From Thermoplasmatota archaeon (GTDB taxonomy: Archaea > Thermoplasmatota > Penumbrarchaeia > Penumbrarchaeales > Penumbrarchaeaceae), in assembly GCA_965234725.1 (NCBI GenBank), contig CBDDUX010000007.1:32001-96000 (forward strand): a stretch of 64,000 bases of DNA, given 5' to 3'. The notes beneath the pieces are model-generated. The model worked only from the letters and a program-made list of their open reading frames with translations. It was not told the origin of the DNA and made no database searches. Shown here piece by piece: positions 9,299 through 19,321 of this stretch (positions are counted from its first letter, which is position 1; every line of letters begins with the position of its first letter). A program made the translations under genes and the position numbers.

Positions 9299-11365
9299 TC
9301 AGATATGCTCTTTGATGAAATCAAGGATGGTTTTATACCATACCTGGGAGTTTGCCGGTTTCAGGACCCAATGCCCTTCATCAGGGAAGTAAAGGAACCT
9401 TGATGGAACCTTCATCACCTGCAATGCTGTATATAGGGAGACCCCTTCCGAAACAGGACATCTGAAATCCTGCTCCCCTTGAATTACCAGCATAGGGGTT
9501 TTGAAGTTCTGAACGAACATATGAGGGGAGAATCTCAGGAATGTTTCATGACCCTCATGAGGCATACCGCCGTGTTCCCAGATATCGAACCAGAGCTCTT
9601 CGGTCATGTATGACATTGCTTCCTGATTGAAGATCCCATCATGTGAGATAAGGACCTTGAACCTGTCCGAATGACCCGCGATCCAGTTGATCATGAAACC
9701 CCCGAAACTGGCGCCGGCCGCTGCTATCCGGTCACTATCAATGAAATCGAAGTTCTCAAGAACATGGTCCAGTCCTTTCATCAGGTCCTCGTAGCATCTT
9801 CCACCCCAATCTCCTGAGATCTGGTCAGTGAATGTCTGTCCGTAACCTATTGAACCTCTGGGATTGATCTGGACCACCACATAACCTGGAGAAGCGAAAA
9901 GTTGTGGGTTCCATCTGTAATGAAAATGGTCGAAGAAGGCTGACTGCGGTCCACCGTGGATGATGAAGAGCAGAGGATATTTCTTACCCTGTTGGAAATT
10001 GGGGGGTTTAAGAACGAATCCGTGAACTGGATCATCATCAGCTCCCTTATACCAGAAGGGTTCCATTGAGTTCAGGTCTATCTCTTTTTCAAACAGGGAC
10101 CCGTGGTCTGTTACTCTTTTGGTCTCAACATCGAAATGGTCAGGTTTTCCTTCACCTGATGACAGGTCCACTTCCCTGCCATCATTCAATTCAAGCAGAA
10201 ATAGGTCTGAAGGTGAAGTTGCCGATTCCCTTGAAATGAGGAGCCTGTCATTGGGGAGGGATCTCATATTGTTCTGGAAAATCCCTGAGGTATACTGGAT
10301 GATCCTCTTAGGATCTAGATCCAATCCATAAAGGGACATATACCCTCTATCCGGTGCAAGGAAGAGCAGACCTTTCCCATCCCTTTTCCATATAAGTTCT
10401 GACGGGGACCTGTCAAGATCTTCCGTGAGGACAACTGTCTTGCCAGTGGACCTGTCGTAGATCTTGATCCTCAGTCTATCAGCCTCATATCCTGCTTTTT
10501 CTCCACCCAAGTATGCGATATACCTACCATCGGGAGAATACCTGGGATCCATTTCCAATGCATTTGATACGGATATCCTTACCGGGTCCCCTTCAGGGCG
10601 TATTCCCTTCAATTTCTGTGTGAAAAGAGAATTGTTCGTGGAGATCGCCACAACAGGGTCGGGGTTCATTATGTAAGAGATCTCCTTTCCATCCGGAGAG
10701 AAGGCAATATCCTTGGATCCACCCAGGCTTATAGGGGGAACATCTGTATCCCCAGGTGTCAGATCAACTATCTCTTTTGTCTCAGTGTCAACGATATGGA
10801 GATGGGACCTCTTCCTGAATCTCCAATGGTCCCAATGTCTGTAAAGAAGTTCGTCCTCTATGATCGCTGTGGACTTTTCGTTCACTATACCATAGGTCTT
10901 TGCCTTTACGATCTGGTCCTTCTCCTTTTCAGGGATGCCTTCGATATTTCCATCGAAATGAGGGGACACTACGACCTCCCTTGCGAATGCAATGATCCTT
11001 CCATCCGGAGACCAAACCAGATTTGAAGCTCCTCCTTCCCCTTTTGTGATCTGATATGCTTCCCCCCCTTTACTGAACGGTAGGATCCATATCTGCTGGC
11101 CTTCACTCCTGTCAGAGTTGAAAGCTATCCTGGAGCCGTCAGGGCACCACTTCGGGTCGGAATCCTTATGGTTACCCGGAGTAAGGTCCCTCTCTTCACC
11201 TGAAGCCAGGTCCAATAATATGATTGTCTTTGCGACCTTGTTCTCTTTGTGATCATGGATCGACTCCACAAATACCACGAGCTTCCCGTCGGGATGAACA
11301 TCAGGATCGGAGATCCTTCTAACCCTCATCAGGTCCTTGAATTCAATCGGTCTTTTCCCCTTCAT
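9299..11365 (-). CDS. S9 family peptidase (dipeptidyl/acylaminoacyl peptidase) with PD40 beta-propeller
   Basis: IHGGPQ, GASFGG nucleophile, DFRCP, PDEGH; WSPDG repeats. Confidence 0.95.
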   Translation of the reverse strand: MKGKRPIEFKDLMRVRRISDPDVHPDGKLVVFVESIHDHKENKVAKTIILLDLASGEERDLTPGNHKDSDPKWCPDGSRIAFNSDRSEGQQIWILPFSKGGEAYQITKGEGGASNLVWSPDGRIIAFAREVVVSPHFDGNIEGIPEKEKDQIVKAKTYGIVNEKSTAIIEDELLYRHWDHWRFRKRSHLHIVDTETKEIVDLTPGDTDVPPISLGGSKDIAFSPDGKEISYIMNPDPVVAISTNNSLFTQKLKGIRPEGDPVRISVSNALEMDPRYSPDGRYIAYLGGEKAGYEADRLRIKIYDRSTGKTVVLTEDLDRSPSELIWKRDGKGLLFLAPDRGYMSLYGLDLDPKRIIQYTSGIFQNNMRSLPNDRLLISRESATSPSDLFLLELNDGREVDLSSGEGKPDHFDVETKRVTDHGSLFEKEIDLNSMEPFWYKGADDDPVHGFVLKPPNFQQGKKYPLLFIIHGGPQSAFFDHFHYRWNPQLFASPGYVVVQINPRGSIGYGQTFTDQISGDWGGRCYEDLMKGLDHVLENFDFIDSDRIAAAGASFGGFMINWIAGHSDRFKVLISHDGIFNQEAMSYMTEELWFDIWEHGGMPHEGHETFLRFSPHMFVQNFKTPMLVIQGEQDFRCPVSEGVSLYTALQVMKVPSRFLYFPDEGHWVLKPANSQVWYKTILDFIKEHI

Positions 11366-11500
11366 TTAAATCTCCGAATGTTCGAAGGTTGCGAGCTTTA
11401 TATTTCTTTGGCATTATATGGTCGAAGCATTTATTTTTCAATGTATCAAGGACAACCCTTTATAACGAACAGATGATAAAATATCAGGAGTTGATGGATC

Positions 11501-12838
11501 TTGGTTCAAGAATTCAATTGGAAGCTTCACCCAAAAAGTGCCAGAATTCTGGAGGGTCTCGTTGATAGATTCCAAAATGAGATGAAGGATATCCATCAAC
11601 TTCAAAAGGAGCTTTATTCGAAGACTTCCACCAGATTGATGGACTGGATAGATCACTTGCTGGTTCCCTGGAGCTGGGTGGATGAGGAATCCCTGAAAGG
11701 ATCCGGATTCAACATAGAGAATGTGACCATCGGTGATCTGGACCTTGTGAAGGCGACGAATGATAATACGGTCCTTTTTCCGCTTTTCTTGACAGATAAG
11801 AACATAGGAAGATTGTATCTTAAGGTCGAAAATATTGAGGATATCGCTTCAATTTACAACAAGACCGACAGCATTGAGGGGAGGAAATGGGCTCCAAGGA
11901 GAAAACTGATGCTTGGAACCTCAAATAACCTGTCATTGGGGGCCATTGAAAGAAGGGGCTATGATGGATATCTCATTCCTGAATGGGATGATGAGGATGA
12001 TTATTCACGATTCCTTGAAAGATTGATGAAAAGAGACAGGGGGGTGGACGTGGAGCAAGCTTACAGCGATCTGGAAATGATGATCGATGATGGTGTCAGG
12101 GTCTTGGGTAAGGACAGAGCTGCCGATGCATTCTTCTTCGCGGAAAGGAGATACTGGGAGTCTAGGAACGAAGCGGGAAGGATACAATTGAATAGGCAGG
12201 ACCAACTTGGATTGGGTTGGGGAAATATCGATCACCATACATTCAGATGTTCAAGAGAAAACTTCGCTAGGACCATTTCCATACTTGAAAGGATAGGGAT
12301 GAGACCCCGGGAACGTTTCTATGCAGGTGAACAGGCGGGATGGGGAGCCCAGGTCATGGAGCAGAAGGTCAATAACATCTCTGTTTTCGCAGACGTGGAC
12401 CTGACACCCGAGGAAAAGGATAATGATTTTGCTCACAAGAGTTTGGAAGGTCTCGATTCTCTGGGCACAGTTGGTCTTTGGGTGGGACTTCACGGTGAAT
12501 CCATCCCTTGCGCAGGTCTCCACCATCTTGCAGCATTGGTAGATTTCTCAAAGATGACTGAGGATTCCGAAATGGTTGGTATCAAGAACATGGCACCGTT
12601 CTCATCATTCCCATATCTTAGACAATGTTTCACAGAGGGAGAAAACTGGAATTGCAATACCGACAAATCGAAGAAACTCTTTCTAGAAGCCTTGATATCT
12701 AAATCCCAGATGGAGAGGTTCAATTTAATAGGTGCCAGAGGTAGTCATCTTGAGTTCATCGAGAGGAATGATGGCTTCAAAGGGTTCAATCAGACATCTG
12801 TCAGCGATATCATATCAAGGACCGATCCGAGGAAATGA
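11501..12838 (+). CDS. Uncharacterised VOC-fold metalloenzyme (HPPD/HglS-like His-His-Glu triad)
   Basis: IDHHTFR, GLHHLAA, HLEFIER..GF motifs; TTG start. Confidence 0.55.
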   Translation: MVQEFNWKLHPKSARILEGLVDRFQNEMKDIHQLQKELYSKTSTRLMDWIDHLLVPWSWVDEESLKGSGFNIENVTIGDLDLVKATNDNTVLFPLFLTDKNIGRLYLKVENIEDIASIYNKTDSIEGRKWAPRRKLMLGTSNNLSLGAIERRGYDGYLIPEWDDEDDYSRFLERLMKRDRGVDVEQAYSDLEMMIDDGVRVLGKDRAADAFFFAERRYWESRNEAGRIQLNRQDQLGLGWGNIDHHTFRCSRENFARTISILERIGMRPRERFYAGEQAGWGAQVMEQKVNNISVFADVDLTPEEKDNDFAHKSLEGLDSLGTVGLWVGLHGESIPCAGLHHLAALVDFSKMTEDSEMVGIKNMAPFSSFPYLRQCFTEGENWNCNTDKSKKLFLEALISKSQMERFNLIGARGSHLEFIERNDGFKGFNQTSVSDIISRTDPRK

Positions 12839-12850
12839 GAGGGAAAATCC

Positions 12851-14335
12851 ATGGAAGGATACGATTGCGAAGCAAGGAATGATGAGGAGACCATAAGGAA
12901 ATTTGCCTTCGATCGAAGTGGATACAGGTTAACACCGAAAGCAGTAGCCTTTCCCAAGGATGAGGATGAGATATTGTGTCTCATTGAAAATTCCAGGGAA
13001 ACGGGAGTTCCGATCATACCCAGAGCAGCAGGTTCAAATCTATCAGGTAATGCTGTGGGTGAAGGGACCATTGTTGTGATGACAGGTATGAATAAGTTGA
13101 TATCTTCTCAGAACGGAAAGTCCAGGATACAGCCAGGTCTTGTCTATGATAGATTGAATGAACTCATGAAAAACGATGGTTTCTTCCTTCCATACCATGT
13201 CTCATCCTCAGCATTTTGCACGATAGGGGGCAATGTTGCAACAAGAGCTTCCGGTCTGCGGTCGATAAAGTACGGAACAGTTGATAATTCGGTTAGAAAT
13301 ATCAGATTCGTATCTCCTGCCTGGGGTGTTGTCGATACTTCAAAGGATCTTCCAAATGAACTTGAAAGGAAGTTGCTTGAGATCAGGGGAAGATTGCTAT
13401 CAGATAAAGAGGCAATGAAAGAGCTGGATCGTAAGAAGGAACTGAAGACCTCTACCGGATACAATCTCAGGTCATTTATCACGTATAATGAACCGTCAGA
13501 GATGCTTGCACATCTCCTCGTAGGTTCAGTTGGGACACTGGGGATCTTTACAGAGATCGAGGTCAGATTGGAGCCGATCCCTGAAAGAAGGGTGATGGTG
13601 GTCTCCTTCTTCGATTCGATTGTATCCGCAGGCAGAGCGGTTCCCGAACTGAGAAAATTGGAACCATCCCTCCTGGAATTGATGGACGGATTCGGAACAT
13701 CCATTGTGAGGGATGATACCGATATCTTGGTCCCTGAGAATGCTGGAGCTACTCTTCTGATAGAGTTCGATTCTGAGATCGATAAAGGTCTTGAGAACCT
13801 CTATCCGATACTTGAGAAGCATGCACTATATCATCATCTTCTTGAAAATGACGAGGACCAGAAGAGATTGTACAAGCTGAGATGGAAGATGCTCATAGAG
13901 ATCAAGAGGAAGAACGAGACACCTGAAATGAAATACCTCTCATTCGTCGATGATCTGGGTGTTCCAATTGAAGAGATCCCTGAATTCATAGAGGAGGTCC
14001 ATAAGATATTCGAAGAGGAGGATATCCAGGCAGTTATCTATGGACATATCGGAGAAGGGAACCTCCATATCAGACCGCTTATAGAGAAGGATAACTGGAA
14101 AGAAACCATGAAAAGAGTGGGTGCAAAATGCTTCAATTGCGCTTTCAAGCATGGTGGTACCGTTGCTGCGGAACATGGTTCCGGAAGGAACAGACTGGGA
14201 CTTATTGAGGAGGAGTGGGGGGAGGTGGTTTTCGGATATTTCAAGGAGATCAAGGACCTCTTCGATCCCGATGATATAATGAATCCAGGCGTTCTCTTCT
14301 CAAAGGGTGATATCACGGACCATCTCGAGTTTTAA
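12851..14335 (+). CDS. FAD-binding oxidoreductase, GlcD/D-lactate/D-2-hydroxyglutarate dehydrogenase family
   Basis: PRAAGSNLSG, CTIGGNVAT, GSVGTLGI, GHIGEGNLH, AEHGSG, FDPDDIMNPG. Confidence 0.93.
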   Translation: MEGYDCEARNDEETIRKFAFDRSGYRLTPKAVAFPKDEDEILCLIENSRETGVPIIPRAAGSNLSGNAVGEGTIVVMTGMNKLISSQNGKSRIQPGLVYDRLNELMKNDGFFLPYHVSSSAFCTIGGNVATRASGLRSIKYGTVDNSVRNIRFVSPAWGVVDTSKDLPNELERKLLEIRGRLLSDKEAMKELDRKKELKTSTGYNLRSFITYNEPSEMLAHLLVGSVGTLGIFTEIEVRLEPIPERRVMVVSFFDSIVSAGRAVPELRKLEPSLLELMDGFGTSIVRDDTDILVPENAGATLLIEFDSEIDKGLENLYPILEKHALYHHLLENDEDQKRLYKLRWKMLIEIKRKNETPEMKYLSFVDDLGVPIEEIPEFIEEVHKIFEEEDIQAVIYGHIGEGNLHIRPLIEKDNWKETMKRVGAKCFNCAFKHGGTVAAEHGSGRNRLGLIEEEWGEVVFGYFKEIKDLFDPDDIMNPGVLFSKGDITDHLEF

Positions 14336-14375
14336 AATGAGAATGTTTTTCTCTCATCAGATGTATGGAAGATGG

Positions 14376-14600
14376 ATGACCACAATCCCCATAGTTGGAT
14401 TCAGGGATAAGACAAAGAAGAAAAGGCTGGAGATCGAGGTCATCGAAGCCACCATGAGGACCGAGGACCTTCCCAAGGAATTCGATTACTTATGCCCGGC
14501 ATGCTTCTTTCAGACCAATGATTTCTCGGTCCTCTGTCCGAAATGCGGTCACAAGGGTCTCAAAGAGAGCGGGAAGGACCGGTTCAGAGTCGTCAAATAA
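14376..14600 (+). CDS. Small zinc-ribbon protein
   Basis: CPAC...CPKCG; start uncertain (ATG 14376 chosen). Confidence 0.55.
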   Translation: MTTIPIVGFRDKTKKKRLEIEVIEATMRTEDLPKEFDYLCPACFFQTNDFSVLCPKCGHKGLKESGKDRFRVVK

Positions 14601-14618
14601 AATTCAAGGGAATAGTTA

Positions 14619-14744
14619 TCATCGACACATCGAATGAGTAATGGCATCCCTGGGACAAGCATTTACACAGGCACAGCAGGAGATGCATTTTGAAATATCG
14701 ATGCAATCCGACTTTCCATTCTTATCAACTATCAATATCTTCAT
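14619..14744 (-). pseudogene. Duplicated 3' half of the ferredoxin gene (41 codons)
   Basis: Translates MKILIVDKNGKSDCIDISKCISCCACVNACPRDAITHSMCR; 14625-14744 matches 15506-15625 at 113/120 nt. Confidence 0.85.
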
Positions 14745-15147
14745 ACTTACTGCAGATATCTAACAATTCAGAGGCTTTCATTATCCTGATCTCATTCACA
14801 TTCCTCAAAGATAGCAGATGCCTATCACCGATAACAATAATGTTGGCTTTGGATTCGAGAGCGCACTCAATAATAATATTATCCTTCGGATCCTCCAATA
14901 CGATTTCAACTTTTTCCCGGGGAAGAACAACCTCGAATGATGATATGATAATCTCTATGAACTCTTTCACTTCCGTCTCAGTGAAATCGAACTTATTTCT
15001 GGTCGTAACTCCCATGAATTCCTCAATTATCGATGGTGATATAAATCCATGAAGATCCCCATTCAATATCTTCTGCATCAAAAGGTATTCAGGTCCTTTC
15101 CAACCAAGGGAAGAGATTAGAACGTTCGTGTCAAGAACAACTCTCAT
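14725..15147 (-). CDS. PIN-domain (VapC-like) toxin
   Basis: RVVLDTNVLIS...EE...EDPKDNIIIECA...IVIGDRHLL; overlaps the upstream antitoxin. Confidence 0.92.
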   Translation of the reverse strand: MRVVLDTNVLISSLGWKGPEYLLMQKILNGDLHGFISPSIIEEFMGVTTRNKFDFTETEVKEFIEIIISSFEVVLPREKVEIVLEDPKDNIIIECALESKANIIVIGDRHLLSLRNVNEIRIMKASELLDICSKYEDIDS

Positions 15148-15427
15148 TCTCTTCTTCCCCTTCTTCTTTCATTTCCTTTCTGACCTCTCTGACAGCGTTA
15201 ACAACATCCTCTCTCGTAATTCCATTAACTTTGAACTTTTCACTTATCCTCTCAGCAAGTTGTTCAAAGGCCTCAGAGGGTGCCTTTTTCTGTTTAACTA
15301 TGATCATCTCATCGTTGTAATAGAACTCCAGCACAGACCCTATGTCTATACCGGTTGCTTTCCTTATCTTCTTTGGAACGGTGATCTGCCCCTGTCGGGT
15401 CACGACTCCACTGCCAGCATATTGCAT
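15131..15427 (-). CDS. AbrB/MazE/SpoVT-family antitoxin
   Basis: VTRQGQITVPKKIRKATGIDIGSVLEF swapped-hairpin motif; directly upstream of the PIN gene. Confidence 0.92.
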   Translation of the reverse strand: MQYAGSGVVTRQGQITVPKKIRKATGIDIGSVLEFYYNDEMIIVKQKKAPSEAFEQLAERISEKFKVNGITREDVVNAVREVRKEMKEEGEEENESCS

Positions 15428-15499
15428 TTACTCACCATACTATTATTAGTAGGAATAGTATTTATTTTTTCTTTACAAAAAAAGAATCTGTGTGATACC

Positions 15500-15715
15500 T
15501 TATGAACACATCGAATGAGTAATGGCATCCCTGGGACAAGCATTCACACAGGCACAGCATGAGATGCATTTTGAAATATCGATGCAATCGGACTTACCAC
15601 TCTTATCCACTATCAAGATCTTCATCGGGCACGCCTGAGCGCATTCTGAGGATCCTGTACATTTCTCAAGGTCCACGGTCCAAGTGACATCTGCATGTGA
15701 ATAGGTCCTGTTCAT
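15500..15715 (-). CDS. Dicluster-type ferredoxin
   Basis: CTGSSECAQACP and CISCCACVNACP motifs. Confidence 0.9.
   Translation of the reverse strand: MNRTYSHADVTWTVDLEKCTGSSECAQACPMKILIVDKSGKSDCIDISKCISCCACVNACPRDAITHSMCS
15506..15625. repeat. Direct repeat copy 2 (120 bp; copy 1 at 14625-14744)
   Basis: Manual alignment: 7 mismatches, no gaps, offset 881 nt. Confidence 0.95.
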
Positions 15716-15787
15716 TTCAATTCCCAGATGGATTATGTAGGTCTAACGATAAATAGGTCATGTTCAAGGGTTTGACTATTGGGCTTC

Positions 15788-18289
15788 CTATTCTTCCCAA
15801 TCCATTACCTCTTCTCTTGATCTTCCAACAAGAATAAATGTTAAGATGATCAATGCGATAACGATCACGCTCACAATTATTATCATTGGAAGCAAGATCC
15901 CATTACCCTCATCATCATCTCTTTCCTTGTCATCATCATCGGTTATATCATCATCGGGACCGATATCATCATCTGCTGGTTGTGTGTCATCATCATCCAT
16001 CTCATCGTCATCATCCGTTGTATCATCAGGTCCTGTTGAGTTGTCATCCGGTCCTGTTCCGTTATCATCCGGGTCCTCGGTATTATTTTCAATTTTTGTA
16101 ACATTGATCCCAATGGATCGCGTGATCCAGCTTCCAACTTTATCAGTAACATTCAGGGTTATCAAATGTAAGCCATAGGGCAGAAACACTTCGAGGGAAT
16201 CCGAATACCCGAGGTGACCGCTGATATTGGAGGACCAGTTGAAATCCAGTTCATCTCCATATATCAGATCAGGATCCTTGGCGGATCCGTTCAACCAGAA
16301 TGACCTGTTCTCCATCGGATGATCATCCGATACAATAATTGTAAGGTCCCATGGAGGATCATTTACCGGTAGAACCGTGATCATTATGGTCTGGTATACC
16401 ATCTCCTCTCCAAGGTGGGCAGTGAAGTTGACCATCTCGTAACCACTCCAATTCGAGGCAGGAACGATGAGCGCTGTCAGCTGGATCATATCGAATTCGA
16501 TGGAAATATTTCCCTTTCCTGAAAAGGAATACGATGTAACATCATCATCGATATCCACTACCCATTCGGAGAGGTCCAAAAGATGCGTGGAATCCTCATA
16601 CATCTCAATATTTTCAAGGGCTTCCTGGATAAAGGGTGGATCATCCACACCGAAAACAACAATGGTCAGGTTGACCTCATCATATCCACCATTCTCATCC
16701 GAAACATTGAGGAGGACCCAATACGAGCCAACATCCTCGTTTGATGGAATACCCGAAAGGCTCTGTTCAGTTGAGTTGAATGTCAGCCATGAGGAATTCG
16801 TGATACAATTCCAAAGAGCACCTTCCTCATTATCATGGTCTATTTCAAAATGATATTGCAGATCCTCTACTGCATTCGGAAGTGAGCTTGTGAATATTTC
16901 CGGAGGTGTGTTGTTCACGATCAGTGTAACATTCTCTTCGTCGTATCCACCCATCCCGTCGGTCACATTGACATAGATGAAAAATCGTCCGACATCGATA
17001 TTGGATGGAATACCTGAGAATTCCAATGCCGAGAAATTGACCTCCAACCAGGAAGCGTTCGTCTCTACCTTGAAAAAGATCTCATGACCATCCGGATCCG
17101 ATGCATTGAAATCCAACAAGAATTTGGTATCCTCCCTGGCAAACTGATCCCCAACTTCATCCAATTGAGGAGGTTGATTGATCCACTTTCCTAACAACCA
17201 AGGAACATAGGTGACATTCACCGTAACATTATCACCGGTCCCTGCCGGGTTAGAGATCGGATCATATGGTCCTGTGTGGTTTCCCCACCAGTTGTATGTT
17301 GCATTGATATTGGAAGAGGAAGAACTGCAGTTAATCCCCCATACGGAATTGTTGATGAAGGAGTTGTAATGGACCCTAACATTGTTTATTGTCTGATAGG
17401 AACGGATCCCTTCATTGTTATTCTCGAAGATATTGTTATAGATATGATTTTGGTCCGCTCCCGTGGACAAACCAATTCCGACATCATTTTCTCTGAACGT
17501 GTTATTGTGTATGTTGTTGTTCATTGATGTTCCCATCATTACCCCTGATCTTCCCGGATCAGCATTATAGAAAAGGTTGTGTCCAATATCATAATCATAT
17601 GAGTTGAAAAGGCCCAGATGATATGCATTGTCATTGAACTCATTACGAAGAATGGTCACATACCTGGCTCCTAAATAGAGGATACCGGCGGATGTGCTGG
17701 AATTGAAATAATTATCCAGTATGAAATTCCCATCACTTCCAGCATCCGATCTTATGCCATAGTAATTCAGGTCAAAAGAATTGTTGGATATCTCAATATC
17801 CGGACCTCCTGCGAGGTATATACCGATGTTATTGTCATAGAAAAGATTGCCAAAGATCCTTACCTTTGATGAATATATCCCAATACCCGCGAACTCATGG
17901 TGAGGAGAACCCTCTCTAAATTGAAATCCAGTGACATTGATCCCAATGGAATTGATTCGGAAAAGGTGCTGATGGTCAAGGGTACCATCTCCATCAAGAA
18001 TGGTCCTACCCGTTCCGTTGCCGATAAGAGTGATCGAATTATCGATCCAGACTGCTTCTTTGTAAACTCCATCATAAACCCTTATGGTATCACCATCAGA
18101 TGATGCGTCCACCGCATCCTGGATGGTATTGTGATCACCGGTCCCATCCTTCGCCACCGTGATCACACTACTTCTGGAAGATGATGATGTTTCGATGGAA
18201 TTGGATCCATCCAATGCAATCGCAGAGAAAGACCCCACCGAGATATTCAATCCAATGATCAGGAAGATAACGATCGCTATATCTCTCAT
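15788..18289 (-). CDS. Membrane-anchored surface protein: beta-helix/NosD, cadherin/Ig-like repeats, Asp-rich linker, TM
   Basis: Signal peptide; TIQDAVDASSDGDTIRVYDGVYKE; NATYNWWG; DPDG / G.P.N.DVG repeats; VNDPP; C-terminal TM plus GRSREEVMDWEE. Confidence 0.88.
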   Translation of the reverse strand: MRDIAIVIFLIIGLNISVGSFSAIALDGSNSIETSSSSRSSVITVAKDGTGDHNTIQDAVDASSDGDTIRVYDGVYKEAVWIDNSITLIGNGTGRTILDGDGTLDHQHLFRINSIGINVTGFQFREGSPHHEFAGIGIYSSKVRIFGNLFYDNNIGIYLAGGPDIEISNNSFDLNYYGIRSDAGSDGNFILDNYFNSSTSAGILYLGARYVTILRNEFNDNAYHLGLFNSYDYDIGHNLFYNADPGRSGVMMGTSMNNNIHNNTFRENDVGIGLSTGADQNHIYNNIFENNNEGIRSYQTINNVRVHYNSFINNSVWGINCSSSSSNINATYNWWGNHTGPYDPISNPAGTGDNVTVNVTYVPWLLGKWINQPPQLDEVGDQFAREDTKFLLDFNASDPDGHEIFFKVETNASWLEVNFSALEFSGIPSNIDVGRFFIYVNVTDGMGGYDEENVTLIVNNTPPEIFTSSLPNAVEDLQYHFEIDHDNEEGALWNCITNSSWLTFNSTEQSLSGIPSNEDVGSYWVLLNVSDENGGYDEVNLTIVVFGVDDPPFIQEALENIEMYEDSTHLLDLSEWVVDIDDDVTSYSFSGKGNISIEFDMIQLTALIVPASNWSGYEMVNFTAHLGEEMVYQTIMITVLPVNDPPWDLTIIVSDDHPMENRSFWLNGSAKDPDLIYGDELDFNWSSNISGHLGYSDSLEVFLPYGLHLITLNVTDKVGSWITRSIGINVTKIENNTEDPDDNGTGPDDNSTGPDDTTDDDDEMDDDDTQPADDDIGPDDDITDDDDKERDDDEGNGILLPMIIIVSVIVIALIILTFILVGRSREEVMDWEE
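15909..16078 (-). repeat. Low-complexity Asp-rich linker (GAT-rich)
   Basis: DPDDNGTGPDDNSTGPDDTTDDDDEMDDDD...; (tca)n runs on the + strand. Confidence 0.8.
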
Positions 18290-18444
18290 ATTCTACCTCC
18301 AATACTGACTCTCATCCGAAAAAGGTCCTTTCGTGATAAATAAAAAGATTGGTATAACCGGCTTTTAAAATATCATATATGTCAGATCTCCGATATTATT
18401 AGTTCATTGTAGAATATGATCGTACTCATCAAGGTGGGATCCTT

Positions 18445-19215
18445 TCAAACATCCATCTCGTAATAGACCTGAAGAAAGACGGTCTCCATGAAGGTCATCA
18501 TGAACAGAGAGATGACTATCGAAAGTAATGGCACCATGCTGAGTGCCAGAATGAAGATGAGCACAAGAGATCCCAGAGCCAGACAGAAGGTAAAGTTCCT
18601 GAAAACGAACATGTAGGACCTCCGTATACATTCCCAGCTAGAGGCTCCTTCCTTGTATCTGATTATGAATATCAGGTATTGTGTCGGGAGCATTACAATT
18701 GAAATGATCATCAATGACAGATAAAGAACTGCCACTCCGAAGAACATGACAACTGGTGCCACCATCATTACAAGTAGAATCAATCCCCCGATCGTTCCCA
18801 ACACTACTGCATATATCATGAATGAGATAAGCATGTTCAGGAGGACAAGTCCGATATAGCTCCGGAACACGGACCTTCCATATTTGAAGACATCCCCAAA
18901 GGATATCTTTTCGCCCCTGAACTGCTTTTCTACCGCATTTATTACACCTGGATTCAGGAAAGCCGAAAGTAACGTTCCTAAAATGATAAGCACGACATAC
19001 ATTATCCCTATTAGAACGATCAGAATGATTATCCCGAAAGAATCAATGAAGAGAGTGGAAAACATCACTATGAAAAAGATGACTATGGCAAATGGTATGA
19101 TTATTATCTGCGCCACCATCGATATCAGGAATGTCTCAAGAGAGATGATCAGGAATGGGTTGAAATCCGCCTTCCATCTGTCAAATGCAGCCAGTAGCGC
19201 ATCGACCGACCTCAT
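18445..19215 (-). CDS. Multi-pass membrane protein of unknown function
   Basis: About 6 hydrophobic segments; ATG 19215 chosen as start. Confidence 0.75.
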   Translation of the reverse strand: MRSVDALLAAFDRWKADFNPFLIISLETFLISMVAQIIIIPFAIVIFFIVMFSTLFIDSFGIIILIVLIGIMYVVLIILGTLLSAFLNPGVINAVEKQFRGEKISFGDVFKYGRSVFRSYIGLVLLNMLISFMIYAVVLGTIGGLILLVMMVAPVVMFFGVAVLYLSLMIISIVMLPTQYLIFIIRYKEGASSWECIRRSYMFVFRNFTFCLALGSLVLIFILALSMVPLLSIVISLFMMTFMETVFLQVYYEMDV

Positions 19216-19321
19216 CTTGCAACACCTCGACCATGATCTCTGTCTGAACAAAGGATAAGGGAATTGAATTCTCCTTTCTACCTTAGGAGAATAACCCTAT
19301 CATAAGATAAAAAGATACCAT

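Noticed and set aside
14625-15625. 120-bp repeat pair as a DGR template/variable repeat
   Set aside because: Mismatches are not confined to adenines on either strand, are mostly synonymous, and no reverse transcriptase is present.
15846-16178. Ser-rich, His-rich and Met-rich alternative ORFs
   Set aside because: Shadow frames of the Asp-rich GAT linker of 15788-18289.
19269-19291. ttctcct...aggagaa hairpin between FRG and the membrane gene
   Set aside because: Only a 7-bp stem; could be a terminator but is within chance expectation.
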